A stretch of 60,255 nt of DNA, filler included, from Rhabdomonas costata (Eukaryota), in the NCBI GenBank assembly GCA_019059605.1. It is 13 parts of 13 records of this genome, joined end to end, with 100 filler letters (N's around TTAATTAATTAA, not from the genome) between each part and the next. Parts side by side here need not be neighbours in the genome. Positions count along the whole stretch, not along the records: positions 1 to 4,543 come from JAHMHO010000207.1; positions 4,644 to 9,213 come from JAHMHO010000208.1; positions 9,314 to 13,855 come from JAHMHO010000209.1; 10 more parts are not named here. One strand, 5' to 3'. The notes beneath the pieces were generated by a model, which saw only the letters and a program-made list of their open reading frames with translations, made no database searches and had not been told where the DNA came from. The position numbers and the translations under genes were made by a program. Below, one piece after another: positions 1 through 12,498 of this stretch (positions within the stretch are counted from its first letter, which is position 1; every line of letters starts with the position of its first letter).

Positions 1-954
1 TCCCGAATGCCTTCGTCGGAGACAGAAGCCATGTCCACCTCCTCCGAGGAAGGAGACAGAGCCTCACCGCCGCCGGCAGACGGGGAAGTCTTCTTCTTCT
101 TGGAGCCCCATATCCAAGACATCCTTTAGGAGGAGGAGATTAACGTGCACGCGAGGGTGACAACAAACAAAGTAGTTCCACGGCAGGCACAAAGCAAACT
201 GGAGGAAGGAGAGTATGCCAAGGCACAAAGGTTCACAGAATCATAGGCAGACAAATTGAACAGAGGAAATGACAGCACCGCACGGCTTCCTGTCTGCACC
301 AGGATCCTCCTGAACAGGGCGGTTGGTGTGGCTCGACACGACGCGAATACAATAGATTCGCGGTTCGCGGTTCACGGTTGGTGAGAGGACGACCCATGAG
401 AAAGCTTGGGACTCAAGAGCGGTCAGTCCCACTGCAACCTTCTGGGCCTCGCTCGCCTACCTGCTCCCCCTGACCCCCTGAGTTCGGCCTGGGAGAGCTT
501 TGCCTCGTCCCACCCGAGGCGAAGCGCAACAAAGCCCTTGAAAAGCCATTCCTTCATTTTCAACACCTGTACGCCGTTATCTGGCAACATGGTTCCGAGA
601 TAAGAGCCTAAAGTCTTCAAAATATCACAAACCCTCAGATGTAATGGGCCACCTTCCACTGCATACTTACATTCGTTTTGCTTGGAGCCGGTCATCTCCG
701 GTAAGCACCGCACGCAGACATGTACAAGGAAGCAACTGCACACAAACAAACACGCACACGCACAACAGCGGCAGCTCCACATGCGCAGAAGTGGCATAAG
801 GAACAACATTCACCAAAACGCGCTCACGGCCTGACTTCTGACCGCTGCCAACGGCGCGGCCCACACAACCACAACAGCGCACGCCAAAAATTTACACCGC
901 ACGCCATACACGCACATGAAAAGTAAATCTGTGACTTCATCCCGAAGCACGAGG

Positions 955-3208
955 TTACCGCCCAGCCGACTCCTCAGCGATGATCCGCTCCAGCCTCTTC
1001 AGCTCGGCAAGCCGCTGGGAGATCTCCTGGCGAATCTTTACCTCATACTCCTTGGCCTTCCCAAGGGCCCGCATCTCCTCAAGGAACTCCTTCGTGGGAA
1101 CCACACACGCTTGGGTACCACGAGATGTGAGAATCATCTTGGGGGGGATGAGGTGTAACGGGTACCGGTGGAAAAAGCCGACTGAAATCTTTGCTAATTT
1201 AAGTCCAGGTTCATAAAGTGAGCCATCACCCCAGAGGAATAATTAAATATTCGATGCGCGGTGTAAGGGGGTCTGGGGGGGGGGAGGCCGCCTGCACCCC
1301 ATATATTGTTGACTTGCCCGCTGATGGGCCTTTGACGGGCGTGAACAAGTCTGACATAGGGAAATAAAAGAGACACCGAGAATGCGATGACCTCATAATT
1401 GCTGACCTCTTTTGACGGTTAATGAATCGAGTTTTGCGCTTGTAGTACTGCAATTTTGAGAACCGTCTTTTGCGTCCTTTTCATCATACAAGCCACCCGC
1501 GTGCTCAATCCCCCCCCCCCAAGCGAGTCGAAATGCAGAACCACATAACAGGCACAGTGAGGGAGGAGGAATTGGGGTGTAGAAAGGTTAACCTTGCGCT
1601 CGTCAATCTCTGCCATAATGCGGACGTACAGGGCCTTGGAGGTGAGCTGGGCAGGGGGAGAAGGGGGCCGCGGCTTGGGAGGAGTGGGAAGCTTCTCCGG
1701 GATCTCCCCGTTGTACTCCATCAGCAGCTGAAAGTTCTGCTTCTCCTACGTTTTGTGAAGGAGAGTGTGCCATGTGAGAGCATGTACAAAGAGGGGCTAG
1801 AAGGGGGCGGGGGAACGGAAACCACCACAACCCGACCGAAGACCCGACGCTTCCCACCTCAGCAGTAACAAAGCCATGTTTTCACGTCATAGTGTTTGCC
1901 CATTGGAGCACACGAAAGAGTTTTTTTAAAGTTTCTTTTTTTGAATTTTCACGTCCCAGTCTCACAATGCTTCGGGGTGAGGTGAATAATCATGCTCCGC
2001 TTCAACTAATGGGTTCCATTAACGGAGCTTGACCATCGACCCGCTTCTGATCCGTGGGCACAGAGGGGTCTACTGGAAAGGCTGACGGAGCCACCCAACA
2101 AACCTGTCAGTTCGTAAACCATTTGGCCTCTGTAACTTAGCCTATCTGTATCTGCACACAGCTGTGGCCAACCAAGCGACCAACCTCCCCTGCTTGCTTC
2201 AGCAACGGGGGCGGTGTGTGCGAGTGGGCGGGACCTCAGGAGAGATGTGCATCTTGCTGTCCGGCGGGGGGCTTGGGGGAGGCTGGCAGGCCATCTCCTC
2301 CGCAATAGCCGCCGCGGGCTTCTTCCCGCCGAACCGCAGCGGCATTCTGGAGACTCGGTTGCCCTCATCCACTGCGGAAGGCCTACCCCGCAGCTTGGGA
2401 ACGCTGACGTGCGCCTTCGACTTTGGAACCACCTGGAAATTGGAGAGGGGGGGAGGCGACATCTGCTGATCGTCTGCGGACAAGACAAAGACCCACGCGA
2501 CCGCGTTTGCGGGCCTGCACCAACCGACCTTTCGGCTGCCGCAGCTCTCCCACTAATCACAGTCATTAAACTTTCATTCTTTCGGTCACCAGGTATTGAT
2601 ATCCAAGGCAAAAACAAGCACTCGTAGCGTTGCTATATGTTTAGGTCAGAACGCAAGGGCGATGAAAGGTTCCCAGGTGGCAACACAAAGGGATTCGATT
2701 AGTTAGGTGCGAAGGCCAGCTCCTCGGACTGGCCTCCACGACCCACCGCTTCGCGGGCGGATGGGTTGGACGTTGGGCGATGCTCCGTTTAGCACTGCTA
2801 AACGTCCAAATCAGACAAAATTTTTGAGATTTTATTTTTTTTAGAACACGGGGGTCAGGTAAACTGTGTCAACTACCCAGCAAAATGGGGTCAGGTGTAT
2901 TGTTTTTCTTCCTCCGATGCGTTCGGACACATTCCTTACAGTGAATAAGAATGAATGAGCATAACGCGATTTTTTGAGCAATTCTTCGAAACATGAGTTT
3001 TTTAACGGAGAAGGTGAAGGGGAACTGAAATTGGTTCGAAACGGAGTCAAGTAGGAGAGCTTCAATGGTAAAACGCACACTGCGCAACCAACGGAGGAAG
3101 GCAACCTTTGGCTTTGGGTGGGCCTCAGCCTCTCGCTGCTTCCGCATCTCGGCCAGCCTCTTGGCAAGCTCAGGATCCAAAGTGCTGGGAGCAGAGGGCC
3201 GGTGATAC
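955..3208 (-). CDS. UPF0193/EVG1 (C22orf23)-like protein, 5'-partial; exons 3208-3106, 2432-2235, 1745-1593, 1089-955
   Basis: Phase-compatible GT-AG splicing gives ...EKQNFQLLMEYNGE...LYVRIMAEIDERK|EFLEEMRALGKAKEYEVKIRQEISQRLAELKRLER*. This matches the UPF0193 C-terminal pattern EIxERKEFLxxMxALGxxxxYxxxIxxEISQ. Confidence 0.75.
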
Positions 3209-4543
3209 CTAAATGGCCCGCCCAAAAGCAGAAGACTGAGAACTGCACACACTTCTGAAATCTGATACAACCAGTAGGAGTAGGGGGTAACATACACAGC
3301 TGGAAGAGGCATCTATTACTAATGAGGGAGCCAAGGCAGTACTCAGGGTACAGTGTACAGGGTACAGGGTACTTTTACTCTCGCTCACTTATTGCAAGTT
3401 TGGAAAAACAGCTTCACACAGCCTTTCCACAATTACGGCACCCCAAAACATCATTACAACTGTGTGTCCCCTGAAAATACGGAGGAGATAAAAAATCATC
3501 GAAAACAGAGAGTTATAAATGACTGTGCGAAATTCAGCTTCGTATTGCGACACATAGACAGTCGAAAAGCGTGGTGATCGGGTCCACTTCAGGTGGCAGA
3601 CATTCGCATCAGACAAGCAACAAACTCAGACAATCCCACATACAGCTTGTACAACGCATTCCCAGCTGGGGTTCCCCGGCCAAAGGCTTTGACTGCGTCG
3701 TCGGTCATCGGCTCGCTTTTTCACAAAAACAAAACCTCGCAAAATAGGAAGCAAGGGAGAGGACAAAGGTGAAAAACACTGGAACCGAAGGAGCAGAGTA
3801 CAAACAACGGATATGTCCCAGAAAAAGAATATATCAGAGGTCAGGACAATACCCCCTGGAGAACTGGAAAAGACCTGACCCCACACTTCAAAAAACAACG
3901 TTCAGTGCTGGGCCCATATTCCATATTCCGCTGCTACTAAGCATTAGGTGAGGATTCAAACACAATTCCCCATGGGTAGGAGCAAATCCAGCTGATCAGG
4001 TGTGCGTATGTATGTGTCAAGATGGCTACCTTCTCCGCGCGACGAAAAAAAATGTCACAAGCACGTGAGCAAAAGCCAACTAGCTGGGGTCACGCGCAGC
4101 GTACCTTGAAAACACGGGACTGTGGCCGCGAATGCTATGAACAGATTTTATTTGACTCCGCCAAGCAAGTAAGTACGCGCGTTACACGCCGCACAAAACG
4201 CACATTCGCGGGATGAAGACAACCGATTCAATTTGAGGACAATCCGCGACAGCATGCCACTCGATGTCAAGCTCATGACATCGCATTGCTTTTTCTCAGC
4301 CCTGCGCTCATAAGAAAAGAGCTTGCCGATGGCTATCCGCCCCGCACAGCTTGGCTCAGCCTTGGAACAGCTTCGGGCAAGGGGCCACCAGCACCTATTA
4401 CCCCGCATTGGGGGGCCGTTTTTTCACCTCCGCAATCGGGGTCTCACATACGGACGAGAGGTTCAGGCTTCTTGCCTGCCGCACAGCCTCCAGCAGAGCA
4501 GTGCCCTGCACCGAGTTCGCCTCTAGCACTGCGCCCTCGGCCC

Positions 4544-4643
4544 NNNNNNNNNNNNNNNNNNNNNNNNNNNNNNNNNNNNNNNNNNNNTTAATTAATTAAN
4601 NNNNNNNNNNNNNNNNNNNNNNNNNNNNNNNNNNNNNNNNNNN
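4544..4643. other. Artificial contig spacer 44N-TTAATTAATTAA-44N (also at 9214, 13856, 18530, 23172, 27831, 32468, 37104, 41736, 46356, 50985, 55610)
   Basis: The same 100-nt linker, with stops in all six frames, occurs 12 times at intervals of about 4.6 kb. Confidence 0.98.
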
Positions 4644-4890
4644 GTGGGTGGTGGGGTGCAAGGACCAGCGCGCAGCCGTTTCCTGTGCTTCGGCTTAAGC
4701 CCCATCTTACATTCGTCTCTGCTCAGACGTGATGGCGTGAAGGAACGGCTTTTTTTAAAAACGAAGAGCACTATGTGATATAATGCGCACCAATGGGCGT
4801 TGTTCTTGTGAACTGTCATCCTCTTCCAATTGTACACAAGTCCTTTACGGTTTCTTCGTCACGTTATGATTATTTTGCTGGTCACCTCAG

Positions 4891-5184
4891 ATCGCCCTCA
4901 CACTGCTCGGTCAGACGGTGATTTTTATCGTGGAGGTCAGCTCGGGCAAACTGCTGGGCTGCTCCGTGCTAGGGCAGAACGTGGTGGGCACCCCAGATCC
5001 CCATACAGGACAGGCTCTACCGATTCGGGCGGACCAAGTCAGCACCACAGTGGTTCGGGACTTGTCCCAGGCGGCGATGAGTGTAGACCCGGCCAAGGGT
5101 TGGGCAAGATTCGTCGACCCGAGCGCTGGCATTGACGTGCATGCCAGTGGTTACGACGCCCATGTCAGGGCCATCAATATGTCG
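4891..5184 (+). CDS. Internal exon of an unknown protein, possibly a Cache-like extracellular sensor region
   Basis: cctcag acceptor, 294-nt open frame IALTLLGQTVIFIVEVSSGKLLGCS...HVRAINMS, GTGCGC donor. IFIVExxSGxLLxxS only loosely resembles Cache-type sensors. Confidence 0.45.
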
Positions 5185-7780
5185 GTGCGCGTGGCGTTCA
5201 AGTTCTCTTTCCTAACCTTTTTCTCTAGAGGTTCCGTGACGGTTTTGTAGTTGTCAATCGTTGACACCCACAACACGTCTACGATGACAAGCGTACTCCC
5301 ATAGGAAAAATTGGGGTCTTCTTGACCCGAAGAGGGCCATTCTCCGTTCCCTTCTCTGTGGATGTCCTTTACATTGTTTCTGGAACGAACCAAAGAACGA
5401 GCATCGTGTTTGTGCTACCTTGCAATCTGTGTCTGCGAATCAGTCAGTGTTCCGAGTCACCACGTTTGGATCAGCTACGGTTTCTGTAACGAACGAATTG
5501 AGCAGCGAACGTAGTGTGGTGTGATGTGGTGTGGAAATCGGGCACAGGGCTTGTTTTTAGTGCGAAATAGCCGATGCTTCAAGACCTCGTGTTTTTGTAC
5601 CATACCTTCAGTTTGGGATAAATGGTTTGTTTCGCATCGGAAGGCAGGAAAAGACATTCGTCTCATTACCAGAGGCCCCGGGGGACCGGGTCATGGTACA
5701 GCACAGTTTTGGTGCCGTGGTGGGGTATATAGTCTGCAAAAACGTGTCCCTGGGGTGGGGTGAGAGGGTTCCGGAACACAAAGGACAAGTTTGTAATGTA
5801 AGCTGTGAAGAGGTCAAGGGGAAACTGGCGAAAATCAGTTTGCCTCACAAACTTTTGTTTCACCACAGAAGGCAGGAAGAGACACTCCCTATAACCAGAG
5901 GTCGGAAGTGAGCAGCAGCTCACTTTTCTGGGAACGCATCGTTATTGCAAACGAGGAAAACGGGGAAATTTGGGTGGAGGTGGGGGTACCGAACCTCTTG
6001 GCCTCTGAGGTTACCGACCATTTTCGACCTCGGAAGCACCGCTGCAGCCGTGGGTTGAAATCTGGCGAGCGACGGCAAAAACNNNNNNNNNNNNNNNNNN
6101 NNNNNNNNNNNNNNNNNNNNNNNNNNNNNNNNNNNNNNNNNNNNNNNNNNNNNNNNNNNNNNNNNNNNNNNNNNNNNNNNNNNNNNNNNNNNNNNNNNNN
6201 NNNNNNNNNNNNNNNNNNNNNNNNNNNNNNNNNNNNNNNNNNNNNNNNNNNNNNNNNNNNNNNNNNNNNNNNNNNNNNNNNNNNNNNNNNNNNNNNNNNN
6301 NNNNNNNNNNNNNNNNNNNNNNNNNNNNNNNNNNNNNNNNNNNNNNNNNNNNNNNNNNNNNNNNNNNNNNNNNNNNNNNNNNNNNNNNNNNNNNNNNNNN
6401 NNNNNNNNNNNNNNNNNNNNNNNNNNNNNNNNNNNNNNNNNNNNNNNNNNNNNNNNNNNNNNNNNNNNNNNNNNNNNNNNNNNNNNNNNNNNNNNNNNNN
6501 NNNNNNNNNNNNNNNNNNNNNNNNNNNNNNNNNNNNNNNNNNNNNNNNNNNNNNNNNNNNNNNNNNNNNNNNNNNNNNNNNNNNNNNNNNNNNNNNNNNN
6601 NNNNNNNNNNNNNNNNNNNNNNNNNNNNNNNNNNNNNNNNNNNNNNNNNNNNNNNNNNNNNNNNNNNNNNNNNNNNNNNNNNNNNNNNNNNNNNNNNNNN
6701 NNNNNNNNNNNNNNNNNNNNNNNNNNNNNNNNNNNNNNNNNNNNNNNNNNNNNNNNNNNNNNNNNNNNNNNNNNNNNNNNNNNNNNNNNNNNNNNNNNNN
6801 NNNNNNNNNNNNNNNNNNNNNNNNNNNNNNNNNNNNNNNNNNNNNNNNNNNNNNNNNNNNNNNNNNNNNNNNNNNNNNNNNNNNNNNNNNNNNNNNNNNN
6901 NNNNNNNNNNNNNNNNNNNNNNNNNNNNNNNNNNNNNNNNNNNNNNGTTTGAGGGGTGGAACACGCGTTGCACTTTCAGTGGAGTTTCTTCAGCACGCTC
7001 TTTTCGGACCACTCTAAGTGAGGACGCTTTTTTCAATCCACTATATAAGCACTGTGTAAAGCTAACTCCGCCATTTCTACCTCGAGTACCTGAATAGCTA
7101 CGGTATATCAATGGAGGACCTCAAGGTTGATGAGGTGAGCAAAATGACATAAGAGAAACCCAACGAGACTCGAATGAAAGTGCTCAACATGTACAGAAGT
7201 ACACACGCGAGTAGGACATCGTGGAAGGAAGGAAAAAAATGGAGGTGAGCCAGGGGTATTGAAGATAGACCCTCCAGCAGAGTTACGAGTCCTCGTGAAC
7301 TGGCACATCAGTCTTGGCATCGCTCGTCACAAAACAGGCACGGAGCGAGCGTCAAATACTTTGCCACGTCCTGCTCGAACTTCTGCTTAGTGAGGGCCTT
7401 CTGGATTTGCGCAAGCTTGCGCTGAGTTGCGATGGCGCGTTTCCGAAGGAACCGCACTTTGGCCTGAGGGAGCACGCAGGGAATCGAGGGAAGCAGCAAC
7501 CAATATACATACAACATACAGTAGTAAACTACTGATGCCCAGAAGAGAAGCGGGACGAGGCCAGACAATGGCAGAAGCCTGCCTGTGGCCCCATTGGTTG
7601 ACTCAGCCGCGCTACCCAATGAACGTGTACATGGGACAGCGAGGTGCAGCGTCCCAAAGAGTCGGTGTGCGTGTGGACGCTTCAAAAGTTCTCAGCAAGA
7701 TCTCTCTAACGACCTGAAGACCATCATGCAGGAAAATAGGAGGGCTAGGGTTGTATTTTTTTGCTAGGACGGAGGATGGG

Positions 7781-8662
7781 TCATGCCGGCGGGTTGTACG
7801 GGTCCCGGGGTTCCCCGGGGACCTCCTCCTCGTAGGTGCACTCCTCATTTTCCTGAATGCACAAGCAGGCAACATGGTAAGACGAGGACAAGGCATCGAA
7901 GAGGAGGAAGGAAAAACCACTGCCTTGGCATGCACCTCCCCAGCTTTCTTTTCTACCCGAATGACCTTTGCAAATCCTTGTCTCGAGCAATTCACCCAAA
8001 CACGGAATCAAGAGTCCCTTCCCACTGTAAATGCATTCTCAGGAACCAGAAACGACGCCAATCAAAGTGCAAGTGATGTGCTTTTCAATCAAATTTCCCA
8101 ACTCTTCATTTCATCGGTGCATTTCCACACAACAGAATGTATTTAGCATCGACAGGACAATGCAACAGCGAGCCATTCCATTGGTTTGAACCTTCAATGA
8201 AATGAATGTTCAATGAAAAACGAATTCAATGAAATTCAACGAAAAAGGCGGAGGCAAAGTTGGGATCGACTGCGACGATACATGATGTGAAAGGCCTCAC
8301 CATACCAAGCAACGGGTGCCATCGGAAAGACTTGTGACAGAGGATGACCCGTCCTCTCAGCTTGCACCACTTTGGGCAATTGTTTTTGACGCCCCCTCCC
8401 TGCCGCACAAGCGGGCTGGACCCGGAATCACTTCGCGGGCGCAATAACCCAAACAAACTATACACACACCAGGTAGTCGGCAAGGTCAAGCTCCTCGTCC
8501 GCGTGGCGGTTGTTCCGGAACCGGGGCAGGTTCCGGACATTCCTCCGGTGCTCCTTCATGGAGCGGGTGCGGGCGCGCATGTCACGCTCCGCGGTGGAGT
8601 GAGCCTTGCGGGACGGGTTGTACGACAGCGCGGCGTCGGGACGCTTCACCGCGGGCAGCGCA
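7781..8662 (-). CDS. Hypothetical protein, last two exons (8662-8470, 7852-7781)
   Basis: GC-rich open exons with AG acceptors and a GTGTGT donor in compatible phase: ...RNLPRFRNNRHADEELDLADYL|ENEECTYEEEVPGEPRDPYNPPA*. Confidence 0.45.
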
Positions 8663-9641
8663 CTGGGCCGCGAGGCGCGGAACGGTGCCGGGGGAAAGAG
8701 CTGCGAGCAACAGACGGTGCGGTGCGTATGGCTGTGAGGAGTTTCGTTGCACCGGGACTGGTGACAAAGAATATTTCAGGTGCTCTGGTCGGAGAGAACC
8801 AGAGAGCCCCTCCCCCAGCGGCCTCCTTGAAAGAAAGCTCACGAAGCGAGTTACCACTGAGAAAGCATAATCAGAAAGTCCATGAAACCTTGCGCCCCTC
8901 ATCTGAGCAAAGTCCAAGGCTCCTCACGTTTAAGTCAAATACCGAGAAAGTTCCCGAGTTCACGCGGAATAGGCAGCGGATCATAAATAGAAAATGGGTC
9001 TTGTGAAATATTGTCTGTTTGTGTGTGTGTGTGAGAGTGTGTGTGCTGGGTAGGGGGGGAGGGTGCCCGTACCAGGAACCAAGGTAATGATTACCGATTG
9101 GATCTTGGGTCAAAGACATTCTGGAATCCTCTGCTAATATCGTTGGAATCATGGTCCGTCTCTGACCACCACAGCATCCCAGAAAAAGGGTGAGCAAAAA
9201 TGAAAACAAAAACNNNNNNNNNNNNNNNNNNNNNNNNNNNNNNNNNNNNNNNNNNNNTTAATTAATTAANNNNNNNNNNNNNNNNNNNNNNNNNNNNNNN
9301 NNNNNNNNNNNNNGGGGTTGGTGTATTACGTGTATGTAAACAATCACACACTTCAGAAAGATCACCCCTTGTTACCAAGGGAAAATTTCAAGTTACCCGA
9401 TGCGCGTGCGCTTACCCCGTGCCCTTGGTACGGCGCAGAATATTACTCGCATTACTCGTATCGCTGTGGTTGCGAGGCAACGGGAAGGCGCAAAGAGGCG
9501 CAAGAGAGAATGCACCAGTCGTATCCAACGTCTTGGCTATTCTCATGGTCTTCAAATGTGGAAATTTTGCCAAGTCGCCCAACCGTGAGACGGTGCAGGT
9601 CTATAAGGGTTTAGTGATCATCCTCGTAACGAGTAGCTGGG

Positions 9642-9775
9642 GCTCCATGAGCGTAGCGAGTGGGGCATCTTGGCATTAGCAGGTATTACCCTTTTATAAC
9701 ATTAGCGGTTATTTCTCACTTCTTTTGGTACTGTATGGTACGTAGTGATGGGACGAGCGTAGCGAGGGCCATCAC
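9642..9775 (+). repeat. Two GAGCGTAGCGAG GNA-triloop hairpins (cores 9649-9660 and 9755-9766); likely part of a non-autonomous mobile element
   Basis: gctccat-GA-GC-GTA-GC-GA-gtggggc and gtgatgg-ga-c-GA-GC-GTA-GC-GA-g-gg-ccatcac. The same 12-mer occurs in reverse at 15664-15675 on another contig. Confidence 0.55.
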
Positions 9776-12498
9776 GAAGGGAGCATGCGCACCACACGAC
9801 CGGCAAGAAGTATGGTGGTAGAATTCGGACTTTCAAGTCTCTTTCAAGTCTCTTGATTTCTATTATTTATCTTCTATTATTCCCATTTTTCTGAATATTT
9901 CGCATTTTTTTTACCCATTTTGGCATGGCTCAACAATAATTGGTTTTGTTTCAACGCTGTAGGGACAAAATAGGGGTTGGCGGGGTTGGCACCCCCAAAA
10001 ACCTCTCTACTAAGGACGAGAAGGGCAAAGCCACTGCTGACGCACCCCAGGTTGTACATCAATTATCACTCACAAGTCACAGTAAACTGCAGTGGGGAAG
10101 CGGTTCTTTCCATCGCCATCGCTGATACCCACGTCAGGCTTCACGAAGCCATAATGACACCCTGTCCTCCGACTCACACATACGTACACACATGAACGCA
10201 AACATTGTATTGTGCACTTGGTAAGGTTGTATTTTCTGGTGAGGACTCAGGGTCCCCTTCCCCACTGGGCTCCCATCTTTCGATGGGGCATGGGTCTATC
10301 GGGCCACGTCCCCTTGTCGGCCCACGGTGTCATGTCCCTCCAGGCAACTTCCTTCTTCAGCGGCCCGCTTTGGCCGCGCCCTGGCGCTGGCCTCCGCACC
10401 TAAAACGAATGCTATCCCGCCCATCCGCCAAAGCCCAGACAAAACAATCCTACTGACCCAGCAATGTCCAGCAAACACAAAGAAAACATCAGAGAGAGGT
10501 AAAATGTCCACAACTACAGCAGAAGGCCCATAACACAAGAGAGAGACGGAGAGGGCCCAATGTTGGGAGGGGGAAAGGGCGTGGTGGGGGCAGGATTCCG
10601 AGGAAGCGGGACAAAAACAAACGGCCTCCCAGTGCAGTGCAGTGCAGTGGAGAGGTGAGCACAGCACCTTCCGCCCCATCGCAATGCATCAGAAGGGGCG
10701 AGGAGGGGAAAAAGACACACTCTGAGCCCACAGAAGAGGCTCAACCAACAAGCTCACCGTCAGTCGCTCCAGCACCCACACATCTCTATGATACATCTAC
10801 ACGCTCACGGCAACGCAACAAGCGGACATTGGGGCTGCGATCAATTTTGGGAAGAAAAGTTGGGAAGTAAACCCCCACTTCGGCCAGCGCAACTATGACG
10901 GAAGGATACGTGAGTGAGAGAGAAGGGAGAGGGGAATGCACAAGGGGGCCGGCGATGTACAGGTCCCACGACAGAAAAGAAGGTCACCTTGGTATGGTTC
11001 AACGGCCACCTGCCACACATACAGAGGGGGTTGGCAGGCGGGTGCCCAGCTGTTCTACAAAGTAGCCAGCCGGAAAGCCACGCCAAGGTACGGGTGAGCG
11101 TGGGGACGCGGGGTGGGGGGTGAGCAAGGGGAGAGCTTTGAACACACACTCAGAAAGACCGACAATGAGGTAGGGCAGAGGCAGCTTGGCAGAGGATGGG
11201 AAACCACAAACTAGGCCAGCCGGATTGAAAGTGGGCGTCCATATCATACAGAACAACAACCACAAACCTCTACTCCGTCAAAACGTCAAAACGTTAAGTA
11301 ACACCGTGGCCCACCGAGGTAAAAAAAAATCATTTGTGCCCATCGTTAGCCAGAGCACGCACGCACAAACCACGCACACAGACCCCGACTTCAGTACAAC
11401 AAGTCAATGGAGTGCGCAGAAAGCCGATAAGAGGAATCTGCCAGTGAGTGTGCTGGGAGATGATGCCACAGGAAATGTGAATGAGTTTGTAAAGCAAGAC
11501 AACAGCAATCGATTGGGCGCGGGGGGTGGGGGGCGAAAGGGAGCAGTGACCATGCAAAGAACCTCTCTCACCGCTCAGGACAAGGACAACCATAGGACAG
11601 CACAGACAGTATGATGAGCAGCAAGCAAACAAACAAAACGGAAGCGGAAGCACCCATCTCCATCAACCCGACTACCGCCCTGGCAACACGAATGGGGAGA
11701 GACCGAGAATCGGAAAACAGCAGTAGCTGAACAGTACAGAGAGGAAGGAGGGCTGTGGCATAATCCCTCCGTAAAATTTCGGGCCACAGAGAGCTTCCGT
11801 CTTTTGGCGCTCCCTAAGAAAGAAAAGGCACTCCCGGTTTCCCATTGGCGAGGGCGGAGGGAGAAGAGAATCTCGGAGTGGCTTCCACATGGACGGGAAA
11901 AAAGGAACGTTGAGGAGGGGGCGATGAAGAGAAATGACTGACAGGGCATCCCCAATGTAAAACCGTTCTCTCAACTCTCGCTGCTTAACCAGTTACAGCG
12001 GCGCAGCGGCGCCGAAGGTGCACCACAACTCAAGGCCGGGCGGTTGCGCAGGCATCGAGAAGACTGGAGGCTGCGGTCAGCAGGGTTCCTCGACCGAGGC
12101 CCTGATAAAAAAGGCCGAATGAAACACACTTTGTGGGCTGGTGGAAACCAACACCTCAGCACACCTGGTTCACATCCCTGCACGAACCCACATCTACCCT
12201 CCCCCAGCCCCCTAAAACGATAAAAAAAAAGCTGCAGCGCCCGTCACAATTCCTTTGACCGATTTGGGGGATTATATGAAAATTTTTAAAAACATCAAGT
12301 CTAAGAGCAGAGCAGTGTTGTATTCTGAGATTGCCCCCCCCCCAAAAAAAAACAGACTACATCGTAGATGCTACAGAAACTCCAACAGTTGAACGGTGAA
12401 AGTGGAAAAAAACCTGCACATCGAAATCGAAGCAAAACCCACCCAAAAATAATAAAATAAAACAATAGCACAGCCCCACCCCACACAGAAACACAGAC

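Noticed and set aside
4588-4599. Regularly spaced TTAATTAATTAA motif as a biological repeat or CRISPR-like array
   Set aside because: It is always centred in 44N+44N and gives stops in six frames, so it is a concatenation linker.
5908-7111. Long ORFs of 366-369 aa (and 280-347 aa at 25018-26198)
   Set aside because: They consist mostly of N-gap codons (6083-6946, 25193-26013). Only 25019-25192 is real coding sequence.
8193-8245. Short tandem TTCAATGAAA-like repeats (also 13-mers at 28697-28732 and TTTCAAGTCTC x2 at 9831-9852)
   Set aside because: These are small degenerate local duplications without unique spacers; they are not CRISPR and no function can be inferred.
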